A program made the position numbers and the translations under genes. DNA of 64,000 nt. It comes from Actinomycetota bacterium (GTDB lineage: Bacteria > Actinomycetota > Coriobacteriia > Anaerosomatales > JAENZW01). How positions within the stretch are numbered: the first letter of the stretch is position 1; every line of letters begins with the position of its first letter. A model generated the notes under the pieces. The model did not search any database. It was not told the origin of the DNA and saw nothing but the letters and a program-made list of their open reading frames with translations. Of the stretch, positions 53,244-63,180 are shown piece by piece. The stretch lies in assembly GCA_016841065.1 (NCBI GenBank), contig JAENZW010000001.1, forward strand, positions 6,502 through 70,501, in the 5' to 3' direction.

Positions 53244-53272
53244 GCGGGGCGCCCCTTTGCGGGGCGCCCCGC
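53244..53272 (-). other. very GC-rich intercistronic stem-loop between oppA and oppB
   Basis: gcggggcgcccc-tttgc-ggggcgccccgc, a perfect 12-bp stem built from two copies of the self-complementary GGGGCGCCCC. No U-tract follows. Confidence 0.6.
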
Positions 53273-53298
53273 CGTTCTTCAGTCTCTTGCTGCCGATG

Positions 53299-54954
53299 TT
53301 ACTCCGCTATCCAGCAGTGGCTGTAATCGGGGATGTTCATCGGGCTGTAGCGGAAGTTGTTCACTCGGCTCGACGTGAGGTCGAAGTGCGAGTAGAACAT
53401 GATCGGCGCAACCGGCATATCCTTGCCGAGGATCTTCTCGGCATCACGCATGCCAGCCAGGCGCTCCTGAAGGTCCAGGGTGTTCCGAGCCTTCTTGACC
53501 TGAGCGTCGTACTCTGCGCTCGCATAGTAGCTCTGGTTGTCAGCAGACGTGCTGTAGAAGAGCGCGTACAGCGCGTTCTCCATGATCGGATAGTCATAGA
53601 CCCAACCATAGCGAGCGATGTCGAACTCCTTCTTCTTCAGCTTGTCCTTGTACACGGCCCACTCGACGCTCTCCAGTTCGGAGTTGATGCCGATGGTCTT
53701 CAGGTCGGCCTGAACGAGCTGCCAGACCTGATCGTGGTAGGAACCGCTGTTGAAGAGCAGTTTGATCGTCGGGAAGCCTTCGCCTCCGGGGTAGCCGGCC
53801 GCTTCCAGCGCGTCCTTGGCTGCCGCCACGTCGTACCGTGACTCGGGCCACATGCCAGGCTCGTATCCGAGGATGCCTGCCGGGCTGACGCTGTCAGCGG
53901 GCTTGCGGCTTCCATCGAACAACGCGTCACTGATCGCCTGACGGTTGATCGCCAGACAGATGGCCTCGCGAACCTTGACGTTGTCGAACGGTGGCTTCGT
54001 GTTGTTGATGTTCGCGTAGTAGATGCCGAGTTCCGGACCCGTGAGCACCTGCTCATCAGGATTGCCCGTGTAACCATCCGGCGACGCACCGTACTTGGCG
54101 GTCACGTCACCGAGACGGCCTGCAGGAATCTCGGTGAAGTCCAGGTTGCCGGCCTCGAACTCGAGGAAGGCAGTCTCGGCGTCCTTGAAGATCTTGAACT
54201 CGATGCCGTCGACATTCGGCTCATCGCCGTAGTAGTCGTCGTTGCGAACGACCTTGACGTACTGGTCGTGCGCCCACGGCTCGGCCATCTTGAACGGACC
54301 GTTCCCGACGAGATTCTCGTCAAACTTGGGATCGGCCTCGACGGCGTCCTTGGGCAACGGGCCCAGACACGGGTGACCCACGACAAGCTCGAAGTCCGGA
54401 TACGGCTCGACGAGCGTGACCTCAAGCGTGTAGTCGTCAAGCGCCTTGACACCCTCAAGCTCGGTCGCGGCACCGTCGAGCATCTCGGTGGCACCCTTGA
54501 CTGAGAGGAGGTGGTAGCTGATCTCGGAAGCCATCTCCGGATCGAGCATGCGCTCCCACGCGTACTTGAAGTCGCCAGCCTTCACCTCGGTGCCGTTGTG
54601 GAACTTGGCACCCTGGCGAATCTTGAATGTCCAAACGCTCGCGTCCTCGTTGGCCGACCAGCTCTCGGCTGCCGCGGGGCCGATCTCGCTCGTGATCGGA
54701 TCGTACTCGACAAGGCTGTCGAACAGAGCCGACACGATGTAGATGCCCTCCGACTCGTAGGCAAGCGTAGGAGTGATGGCAAACGGCTCGACGATGAACT
54801 GGCTCAGGGTGCCGCCCTTGACGGCGCCTTCGGTGTCCCCTGTCGTGCCTTCGGTATTGTCTTCGGAATTGGTACATCCGCCAAGTGCTGCCAGCGATGC
54901 GACGAGGGCGATCGCGAGCACGATGGCGATGGTGGAACGGAATCTGTTAGACAA
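53299..54954 (-). CDS. oppA: ABC transporter substrate-binding lipoprotein, family 5 (OppA/DppA-type)
   Basis: 551-aa ORF with signal peptide and lipobox (LAALGGC). Length and internal motifs are typical of SBP_bac_5. TTG start with GAGGAAAGGGG upstream. Confidence 0.88.
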   Translation of the reverse strand: MSNRFRSTIAIVLAIALVASLAALGGCTNSEDNTEGTTGDTEGAVKGGTLSQFIVEPFAITPTLAYESEGIYIVSALFDSLVEYDPITSEIGPAAAESWSANEDASVWTFKIRQGAKFHNGTEVKAGDFKYAWERMLDPEMASEISYHLLSVKGATEMLDGAATELEGVKALDDYTLEVTLVEPYPDFELVVGHPCLGPLPKDAVEADPKFDENLVGNGPFKMAEPWAHDQYVKVVRNDDYYGDEPNVDGIEFKIFKDAETAFLEFEAGNLDFTEIPAGRLGDVTAKYGASPDGYTGNPDEQVLTGPELGIYYANINNTKPPFDNVKVREAICLAINRQAISDALFDGSRKPADSVSPAGILGYEPGMWPESRYDVAAAKDALEAAGYPGGEGFPTIKLLFNSGSYHDQVWQLVQADLKTIGINSELESVEWAVYKDKLKKKEFDIARYGWVYDYPIMENALYALFYSTSADNQSYYASAEYDAQVKKARNTLDLQERLAGMRDAEKILGKDMPVAPIMFYSHFDLTSSRVNNFRYSPMNIPDYSHCWIAE

Positions 54955-55168
54955 CTCACAGCCCCTTTCCTCTAGATGATTGGCCTCGAGGCATCGACCC
55001 CCGAAATCGCCTCCCTCCGAGCCGGTCGCCTCACAACATCTCTACCCCTCGCGACGTGAACGTCACGAGGGGCAATCTCACTTGAACCCTGATTACCTAA
55101 TTCTCCCGCTACTCGAAACAACTGGCAAGTGCCAGATTGTATATCAAGAGCTGCTAGGTGCATAGAAA

Positions 55169-55190
55169 GGGCGAGTCCGGAGACCCGCCC
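55169..55190 (-). terminator. rho-independent terminator after secG
   Basis: Minus strand GGGCGGGTC-TCCG-GACTCGCCC (9-bp stem with one G-U), followed by TTTCTATG, 29 nt after the secG stop. Confidence 0.65.
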
Positions 55191-55218
55191 GCATAGCGCG
55201 CCAAAGCTAGGAGTCGAA

Positions 55219-55461
55219 TCAAACGGGCTTGTAGGCCACCATGAGAATCAGCAGCGTGATCGAGAACGTGATCGCCAGCCCAATGGTGATTCTGTCCAGG
55301 TTCTTCTCGATGATTCCGGTGCCTGACGACGTCGTAGGCATCATCCCACTGAACATCGACGAGACACCTGCCCCCTTGCCGGAGTGCAGGAGAATGAACA
55401 CGATAAGACCGACGGATACGGCGACGTGCACGACGAGTACGAGCCCTACTATTGCGTTCAC
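55219..55461 (-). CDS. secG: preprotein translocase subunit SecG
   Basis: 80-aa ORF with two TM helices and LLHSGKGAGVSSMFSG, the SecG signature. Confidence 0.88.
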   Translation of the reverse strand: MNAIVGLVLVVHVAVSVGLIVFILLHSGKGAGVSSMFSGMMPTTSSGTGIIEKNLDRITIGLAITFSITLLILMVAYKPV

Positions 55462-55528
55462 GGTTCCAGACTTCCTTCCGGGAGGTGCGAGACGTGCTCA
55501 CGGCGCTCGCAGACGCCGAATCGAGGAA

Positions 55529-57067
55529 TCAGTATATCAGGAGCGAGCGGCCCGTCCATTCGGGAGGCTGGTCGATCTCAATCAGTGAGAGGAGCGTCGG
55601 CGCCACATCCGCAAGGATACCATCCTCTGCGAGCCCCTTCACACGATCGTCGACCACACATAGTGGCACGTCAGAGGGTGTGTGTGCGGTGAATGGTGAC
55701 CCGCCTGGTGTCGACATCCGCTCGGCATTGCCGTGATCCGCTGTGATGACGGCGACTCCACCCTTGTCGCGTATCGCTGCGATCACCGAGCCAACTCCCG
55801 AGTCGACCGCCTCAACGGCTTCGACGGCAGCCTCCAATATCCCCGTGTGTCCTACCATGTCGCAATTCGCGTAGTTCACGATGTAGAGATCGGCCCGATC
55901 TTCGGCAATGGCATCAACAAGGCGGGATGTGACCTCTGGCGCGCTCATCTCGGGCTGCAGATCGTACGTCGGGACCTTCGGACTCTGAACGAGCACCCGC
56001 TCCTCGCCGTCCTTCGGCGCCTCGGCACCGCCGTTGAGGAAGAAGGTCACGTGTGCGTACTTCTCGGTTTCGGCGATGTGTAGCTGACGAAGTCCGTTCT
56101 CGGCCAGAACGTCTGCCAACACGCAGCACGGCAGATTCTTTGGAAACGCCACCGGCGCGGGAATCGTCGGGTCGTATTCCGTCAGACAGACGAAGTGCAG
56201 ACGTGGCGTGACGGGACGCGCAAACCCATCGAAGCCGGGGTCCACGAAAGCCCGTGTTATCTCCCGCGCGCGGTCGGGTCGAAAGTTGAAGAAGATCACC
56301 GCGTCGCCGTCGCGCACGGTGATCGGTGCTTCATCAGGCCGCCCGACATTCGCCGGCTTCACGAACTCATCGGTCACGCCACCTGCGTAGGAGGCGGCAA
56401 TCGCCTCGGAGCCGACACTCTGGCGGTCCCCGTCACCGAGCACCATCGCTCGCCATGCTAGCTCGACTCGATCCCAGCGCTTGTCGCGATCCATGGCGTA
56501 GTAGCGACCCATCACTGTAGCCACGGCCGCCGTGGCAACACCTAGCCTCGCGAGCCTGTCCTCCACCTGCGCGACGAATCCTGCCCCGCTCGTCGGCGAT
56601 ACATCCCTCCCGTCGAGGAAGCAGTGGACGTAGATCGTCTCCGCACCACGCCCGGCCGCCAGGTCAAGCAGAGCGAAGAGGTGATTCAGATGGCTGTGCA
56701 CTCCCCCGTCCGATACGAGTCCCATGAGATGAACGGCTGTTCCTGCAGTCACGGCCTGGTCGATGGCATCCGCCAGGACCCGATTCTCGACAATCGAGCC
56801 GTCCTCGATAGCGCAGTCGATTCGCGTGAGCTCCTGGTAGACAACACGACCCGCACCGATGTTGAGGTGTCCGACCTCGGAGTTGCCCATCTGCCCCTCG
56901 GGGAGTCCGACGGCGAGCCCGGAGGCACACAGCCGGGTGGTCGGGTACTGCGCAAAGAGCCTATCGAGGTTCGGAGTGCCGGCAGCCGAGATGGCATTGC
57001 CGGGACCCGCCTCGGCCAGACCGAAACCATCCATGATGATGAGACACGCGGGCAGGTTCTTCGGCAT
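55529..57067 (-). CDS. gpmI: 2,3-bisphosphoglycerate-independent phosphoglycerate mutase
   Basis: ORF track 55529..57268. Start trimmed to ATG 57067 (3 nt after the tpiA stop), giving MPKNLPACLIIMDGFGL...GNSEVGHLNIGAGR...ITADHGN. Confidence 0.92.
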   Translation of the reverse strand: MPKNLPACLIIMDGFGLAEAGPGNAISAAGTPNLDRLFAQYPTTRLCASGLAVGLPEGQMGNSEVGHLNIGAGRVVYQELTRIDCAIEDGSIVENRVLADAIDQAVTAGTAVHLMGLVSDGGVHSHLNHLFALLDLAAGRGAETIYVHCFLDGRDVSPTSGAGFVAQVEDRLARLGVATAAVATVMGRYYAMDRDKRWDRVELAWRAMVLGDGDRQSVGSEAIAASYAGGVTDEFVKPANVGRPDEAPITVRDGDAVIFFNFRPDRAREITRAFVDPGFDGFARPVTPRLHFVCLTEYDPTIPAPVAFPKNLPCCVLADVLAENGLRQLHIAETEKYAHVTFFLNGGAEAPKDGEERVLVQSPKVPTYDLQPEMSAPEVTSRLVDAIAEDRADLYIVNYANCDMVGHTGILEAAVEAVEAVDSGVGSVIAAIRDKGGVAVITADHGNAERMSTPGGSPFTAHTPSDVPLCVVDDRVKGLAEDGILADVAPTLLSLIEIDQPPEWTGRSLLIY

Positions 57068-57069
57068 AT

Positions 57070-57837
57070 CTAGAGTGCCGCTGCGACGATCTCGGCAAAC
57101 GACTCTGCGTCGAGCGCAGCCCCGCCGACGAGAGCGCCGTCGATGTCGGGCTCCGCGAAGAAGGTCCGGGCGTTCTCGGGCTTGACCGAGCCGCCGTACA
57201 GAACTCGCAGCGCGATGGCCGAGGGCGGTCCGAACATGGCGCCGACGGTCGCCCGAATCGAGCGGCATACGTCATTGGCGCCCTCCGGAGTCGGCGTGCG
57301 ACCGGTGCCAATCGCCCAGAGCGGCTCGTATGCGATGACGAGGCGCTGCGCGTGATCGGAGTCGATTCCCTGGAGCGCGCCACGAACCTGCTCCCGCACG
57401 AACGTCTCGGTCTCCTCGGCCTCGCGCGTGGCAAGCGACTCGCCCACGCAGACAATCGGGACCATGCCTGCGGCAAAGATCGCCTTGACCTTCTTGTTGA
57501 CGGTCTCGTCTGTCTCGCCGAAGTACTCGCGTCTCTCCGAGTGACCAACGATTACGTAGTCGCACCGAAGATCGACCAGCATGCGCGGCGACACCTCGCC
57601 GGTGAAAGCCCCCTCGTCCTCCCAGTACACGTTCTGCGCACCGAGACTCATCTCAAGCCGATCCAGCTCGATGACAGTCGACACTGACTTGAGCGCCGTG
57701 AATGGTGGGCAGACCGCGACCTCGACCTCGGCCCAATATGCGGACACGCGTTCTTCGAGGTTCTGGACGAGAATCGCTCCTTCACCAGCGGTCTTGTACA
57801 TCTTCCAATTGCCCGCAACGAGCGGCCGCCGTTCCAT
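57070..57837 (-). CDS. tpiA: triose-phosphate isomerase
   Basis: Start trimmed to ATG 57837, giving MERRPLVAGNWKMYK. VGHSERR and AYEPLWAIGTG motifs. Confidence 0.93.
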   Translation of the reverse strand: MERRPLVAGNWKMYKTAGEGAILVQNLEERVSAYWAEVEVAVCPPFTALKSVSTVIELDRLEMSLGAQNVYWEDEGAFTGEVSPRMLVDLRCDYVIVGHSERREYFGETDETVNKKVKAIFAAGMVPIVCVGESLATREAEETETFVREQVRGALQGIDSDHAQRLVIAYEPLWAIGTGRTPTPEGANDVCRSIRATVGAMFGPPSAIALRVLYGGSVKPENARTFFAEPDIDGALVGGAALDAESFAEIVAAAL

Positions 57838-57881
57838 GCGCCACGCCCCTCTCTCGCGGCACCTATCGCCGCGCATCGGTT

Positions 57882-59069
57882 CTAGTTGTCTAGCAGTGCT
57901 TCGAGGCCCGGTAGCTCTGATCCCTCGAGTAGCTTCATCGAGGCGCCTCCACCCGTGGACACGAAGGTGACACGCTGCTCGAGACCGAACTTGCGAACCG
58001 CCGCCACGGAATCGCCCCCACCGATGACGGAAACGGCCCTGTTGTTTCTCGCCACGGCCATCGCAACCTCGCGCGTCCCGTGTTCGAACGGCGTGAGCTC
58101 GAACACGCCCATGGGGCCGTTCCAGAAGATCGTCTTCGCGGATGTGACCGCCCCTTTGAAGAGCTCGACGGACGTCGGCCCGATATCGAGGCCCATCATG
58201 TCCGCCGGAATCTCCTCGCGGCCGACGATCTTGGTCTCGGCGTCCTCGGCGATCGCATCCGCAACCACGAAGTCGACCGGCAACATGAGGTCGACACCAC
58301 GCTCGGTGGCCTTCGTGAGCATCTTCTTCGCCGGCTCAATCCACTCCTCCTCGACAAGGGATTTCCCGACGTCCAAGCCCTTCGCGACGAGCAGCGTGAA
58401 GCACATGCCGCCGCCGATTACGAGCGTGTCGACGCACTCCAGCAGACGGTCGATCACGCCGAACTTGTCCGACACCTTGCTGCCGCCCAAAATCGCCACG
58501 AACGGCCGGTCCGGATGGGCGAGCATCTCCGTGAGCGTCTCAACCTCGCGGGCGAGCAACATGCCCGCGTATGCCGGCAGATAGTGTGTCACACCGACGG
58601 TAGACGCGTGTGCGCGATGCGCTGCGCCGAAGGCATCGTTCACGTAGATGTCGGCGAGTGCCGCGAGTTGCTTGGAGAACTCGGGGTCGTTCGTCTTCTC
58701 GCCTGGGCTGAAGCGCACGTTCTCAAGCATCAGGATCTCGCCGTCTACCATTCGGCCGACGGCTTCCTCGGCCTCGGGTCCGACCGTCGAGTCGATGAAC
58801 ACGACGTTGCGTCCGATCAATCGCTGCACGACACGACGAACAGGCCGAAGCGAGTACTCCGGATCGCGCTCGCCCTTCGGTCTGCCCAGATGCGACAGCA
58901 GAATCACCCGGGCACCGTTGTCGACGAGATGCCGAATCGTCGGCAGGGCCGCACGCACGCGCGTGTCATCGGTCACCGCGCCTTCGGCCAGTGGAACGTT
59001 GAAGTCGACCCGCACGAGCACGCGTTTGCCCCGGACGTCGACATTGCGAATGGTCTTCTTCTCGAACAT
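57882..59069 (-). CDS. pgk: phosphoglycerate kinase
   Basis: Start trimmed to ATG 59069 (GGAGG 5 nt upstream). RVDFNVPL, SHLGRPKG and STGGGASMKLLEG motifs. Confidence 0.93.
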   Translation of the reverse strand: MFEKKTIRNVDVRGKRVLVRVDFNVPLAEGAVTDDTRVRAALPTIRHLVDNGARVILLSHLGRPKGERDPEYSLRPVRRVVQRLIGRNVVFIDSTVGPEAEEAVGRMVDGEILMLENVRFSPGEKTNDPEFSKQLAALADIYVNDAFGAAHRAHASTVGVTHYLPAYAGMLLAREVETLTEMLAHPDRPFVAILGGSKVSDKFGVIDRLLECVDTLVIGGGMCFTLLVAKGLDVGKSLVEEEWIEPAKKMLTKATERGVDLMLPVDFVVADAIAEDAETKIVGREEIPADMMGLDIGPTSVELFKGAVTSAKTIFWNGPMGVFELTPFEHGTREVAMAVARNNRAVSVIGGGDSVAAVRKFGLEQRVTFVSTGGGASMKLLEGSELPGLEALLDN

Positions 59070-59146
59070 GCACCCCTCCGACATCGAAGCGCGGGCGCGC
59101 CCGCATTGGACGCGCCCGCAGTCTCAACTCTCCTCCAACGGCGGGC

Positions 59147-60226
<1,080 letters not shown>

Positions 60227-61177
60227 TCAGATACTCGAGCCGTCATCGTGCAGGCCCTCTTCGGCCATTTGCTCGATGCGACGGACCCTATGATATACCG
60301 CCGACTTTGACAGTGGCGGATCGGCAAGCTCGCCGAGTTCTCGCAAGCTCACATCCGGATACTCCAGCCGAAGAGACGCCAACTCCTGCAGCGCCGGCGG
60401 CAGGCTACCGATTCCCCGTGTGTCTGCCAGAAGGCGAATCGCCTCGATCTGCGCGAGTGCGGCGTCGGCGGTCTTCTGCTGGTTGGCCATCTCAGCGTTG
60501 ACCAGGCGGTTCACGTCGTTGCGCATCGATTTCAAGATGCGGACGTCTTCGGTTCGAAGCAGAGCGCGGTGGGCGCCGACCAGGGCGAGGAACGTGACGA
60601 TCGGCTCCGCTCCCTTGAGGTAGACGGTGAACAGGCCGCGCCTGCGGGTGACCTTCGCCGGTATCTCGAAGCGCTCCATGAGAACCGCGAGGTCTTCGGC
60701 AATCTGCTCGCTCTCAGCGGTGAGCTCGAAATGGAAGTCGCCGTGCGGATCAGCAACGAAGCCGCCGCCGAGAAAGGCCCCGCGAAGGTACGAGATTGCA
60801 CAGCAGTCGCGCCTCACAACGCGTGGCAGAATGCCGTGCGTGAGATTCAACGATTCGTCGAGTATGCCTAGCTCGTTGAGGGCTTGCGGGAGCTTCGGCT
60901 GACTCGGAACGGTGATGAGGTAGTTGTTCGTCTTGTGCAGGACACTCCTACGAACGGTGAGTTCGGTCTTGAGATCGTAGAGGCCGTGCAGGAGCTTGAT
61001 CGTCTTGCGCGCGACGGGCGCTGTCTCCGTGGCGATCTCCAGACGGAAGCGCTCGTTGCCCGAGATGTGGAGAGTGCCCTCAACGCGCACGAGAGCTGCG
61101 AGCTCCGACTTGAGACAGCACTGCCTCTTCGGCTCGATCCTGGACAGCTCGTCTTTGACCTCTGCTGTGAACGACAT
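60227..61177 (-). CDS. whiA: DNA-binding protein WhiA
   Basis: 316-aa ORF. MSFTAEVKDELSR N-terminus, LAGLIDADG-like repeats, and a C-terminal HTH (LSKSAVYHRVRRIEQMA). Conserved rapZ-yvcK-whiA order. Confidence 0.9.
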   Translation of the reverse strand: MSFTAEVKDELSRIEPKRQCCLKSELAALVRVEGTLHISGNERFRLEIATETAPVARKTIKLLHGLYDLKTELTVRRSVLHKTNNYLITVPSQPKLPQALNELGILDESLNLTHGILPRVVRRDCCAISYLRGAFLGGGFVADPHGDFHFELTAESEQIAEDLAVLMERFEIPAKVTRRRGLFTVYLKGAEPIVTFLALVGAHRALLRTEDVRILKSMRNDVNRLVNAEMANQQKTADAALAQIEAIRLLADTRGIGSLPPALQELASLRLEYPDVSLRELGELADPPLSKSAVYHRVRRIEQMAEEGLHDDGSSI

Positions 61178-61179
61178 CT

Positions 61180-62151
61180 CTAGAGGACCTCGCGAAGCGT
61201 CTCGAGGAGTCTGCTCCTGTCGTGGTGCGCCGGGTTGTCTGCAGCAACGAGGTTCGCGGCCACGACCTTCACGCCCGTCGCCTCGATCCGCGCCCGAACG
61301 TCAGCTCCGCCGCAGACCACCTCATGGACAGGTGGACCCTCATCGTACCCTGTCTCGGATGCGCCGCGCACAGGGAAGCTCTCGGTGTCGTGGACGATGG
61401 CTATGTCGATGGCCCCACGCAAGCCATGCGCGAGCAGAGCCTCCACATGATCGGCGGCGTCCATCCCCGCCGTCTCCCCCCGCTGATTCGCCACGTTGCA
61501 TACGTACACCCGCGTCGCCGAGGAGTCGCGCAAGGCCTGGGCGACACCCTCCACCAGGAAGTTCGGGATGATGCTTGTGAACAGACTGCCCGGTCCGATC
61601 ACGATCGCGTCGGCGCTGCTGACAGCCTCGAGCGCCGGCGGATATGCAGCGGGGCACTCGGGATCGAGCTGCACGTCGGCTATCGGGCCGCCGCTCACCG
61701 CTATGGTGGCCTGACCTCGTATGGGCCGTCCCGAACCGTCGATCGCGGAGAGATGAACGTCTTCGAGAGTGCACGGCAGGGCGTTGCCCTTCGCCCCTAC
61801 GAGACCCGCCGCGAAGGCGATGGCGTCCGGGAAGCTGCCCGTGATGTCCGCGAGGGCAGCGATGATGAGATTCCCGAGCGCGTGACCGGCAAGCCCTTCG
61901 CCATGCGGGAAGCGATACTGGAAGAGCCGGCCGACGAGGCTGCTGTCGTCCCCGAGCGCCACCAGGCAGTTCCTGATGTCTCCTGGGGGCAACATTCCGA
62001 TCTCACGCCGCAACATCCCCGTGGAACCGCCGTCGTCGGCCATCGTGACTATCGCCGACGTGCTGCAGGCGAGCGCGAGCAGACACTTGCGGACAACGGG
62101 CCGACCCGGGCCGCCTCCGATTGCGGCGGCGCGTCGCCGGGATGCACTCAC
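61180..62151 (-). CDS. yvcK: YvcK/CofD-like gluconeogenesis factor (UPF0052)
   Basis: ORF track 61180..62346. Start trimmed to GTG 62151 (GTGA overlap with the rapZ stop). IGGGPG...AIVTMADDGGSTG motif. Confidence 0.85.
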   Translation of the reverse strand: MSASRRRAAAIGGGPGRPVVRKCLLALACSTSAIVTMADDGGSTGMLRREIGMLPPGDIRNCLVALGDDSSLVGRLFQYRFPHGEGLAGHALGNLIIAALADITGSFPDAIAFAAGLVGAKGNALPCTLEDVHLSAIDGSGRPIRGQATIAVSGGPIADVQLDPECPAAYPPALEAVSSADAIVIGPGSLFTSIIPNFLVEGVAQALRDSSATRVYVCNVANQRGETAGMDAADHVEALLAHGLRGAIDIAIVHDTESFPVRGASETGYDEGPPVHEVVCGGADVRARIEATGVKVVAANLVAADNPAHHDRSRLLETLREVL

Positions 62152-63074
62152 AGACGCTCCCGGTCCCGACCGATGTCGCGATGGCTCGTTGCGACGCTGT
62201 AGCCGAGACCGCGAAGGTAGGTGGCGGTTTCTTCGGCAAGCACGACGCTGCGGTGCATCCCGCCGGTGCAGCCGAGGGCGACGGCGAGGTGCGACTTGCC
62301 CTCCATGAGGTAGCCGGGTGCAAGGGTGCCGAGCAGGTCCAGCCACTTCCGAAGGAAGTCGGAGGTCTCATCGCGACCGAGGACGAACGCACGCACCCGT
62401 TCCTCGAGACCGGTCAGGTCCCGCAGTTCGTGGTCGTAGTACGGATTCGGGAGGAAGCGCACGTCCATCACGATGTCGGCGTCGGCGGGCACTCCGTACT
62501 TGAAGCCGAACGAAGACACGGTTATCGCAAGAGTGGATGCGAGGTTGTCGGTGAAGAACCGCTCTTTGAGCACGTGCCGCAAGTCCTGCGGCTTCAGTTC
62601 GCTGGTATCGATAACGACATCCGCGCGGCTTCGAATCCCGGCGAGCGCTTCTCTTTCGTCGCGGATCCCCTCGGTGACCGAGCCTGTCTCGTCGCACAGC
62701 GGATGGCGTCGGCGTGTCTCCTTGAAGCGTCGGACGAGCACGTCGTCGGCTGCCTCGAGGAACACCAATCGGAACGGCACGCCGGAATCCTCGAGCCGCT
62801 TGAGCTCGCCGGCCAGTTCGTCGAAGAACTCCTTGCCGCGCACGTCGCACACGATGGCCAACCTGCGGATTCTGTTGCCGGGAAGCCGCGTGAGGTCGAC
62901 GAGCTGTCGGATGAGCGAGGGCGGCAGGTTGTCGATGCAGAAGTAACCGAGGTCCTCGAAGGTGTGGATGGTCTCGGAGCGGCCGGCGCCGGACATACCC
63001 GTGATGATCACGAGTTCCGGCATGCGGGTGTCGCCGGGAACGGTTTCGGGCATGTCAGCAGGATTCTCGTCCAC
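62148..63074 (-). CDS. rapZ: RNase adapter / nucleotide-binding protein RapZ (YvcJ)
   Basis: 308-aa ORF. Walker A ITGMSGAGRS and a C-terminal IGCTGG-like motif (LGCTGGMHRS). GTG 63074 has GGAGGAGG 6 nt upstream. Confidence 0.88.
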   Translation of the reverse strand: MDENPADMPETVPGDTRMPELVIITGMSGAGRSETIHTFEDLGYFCIDNLPPSLIRQLVDLTRLPGNRIRRLAIVCDVRGKEFFDELAGELKRLEDSGVPFRLVFLEAADDVLVRRFKETRRRHPLCDETGSVTEGIRDEREALAGIRSRADVVIDTSELKPQDLRHVLKERFFTDNLASTLAITVSSFGFKYGVPADADIVMDVRFLPNPYYDHELRDLTGLEERVRAFVLGRDETSDFLRKWLDLLGTLAPGYLMEGKSHLAVALGCTGGMHRSVVLAEETATYLRGLGYSVATSHRDIGRDRERL

Positions 63075-63180
63075 GCCGTACCTCCTCCGTACCGTGAGGC
63101 GTCACCCTCATGACCCGTACCGCGTGCGCGGACTCACCCAGTATAGCGAACGTCCACGTCGCCCCGGGCGAGGAAGACCG

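Noticed and set aside
55122-55135. CTGGCACTTGCCAG upstream of oppA considered as a sigma-54 -24 element (contains TGGCAC).
   Set aside because: No GC dinucleotide sits at the required distance: TGGCAC-ttgcc-AGTT places TT where -12 GC should be. It is better explained as a symmetric operator-like palindrome.
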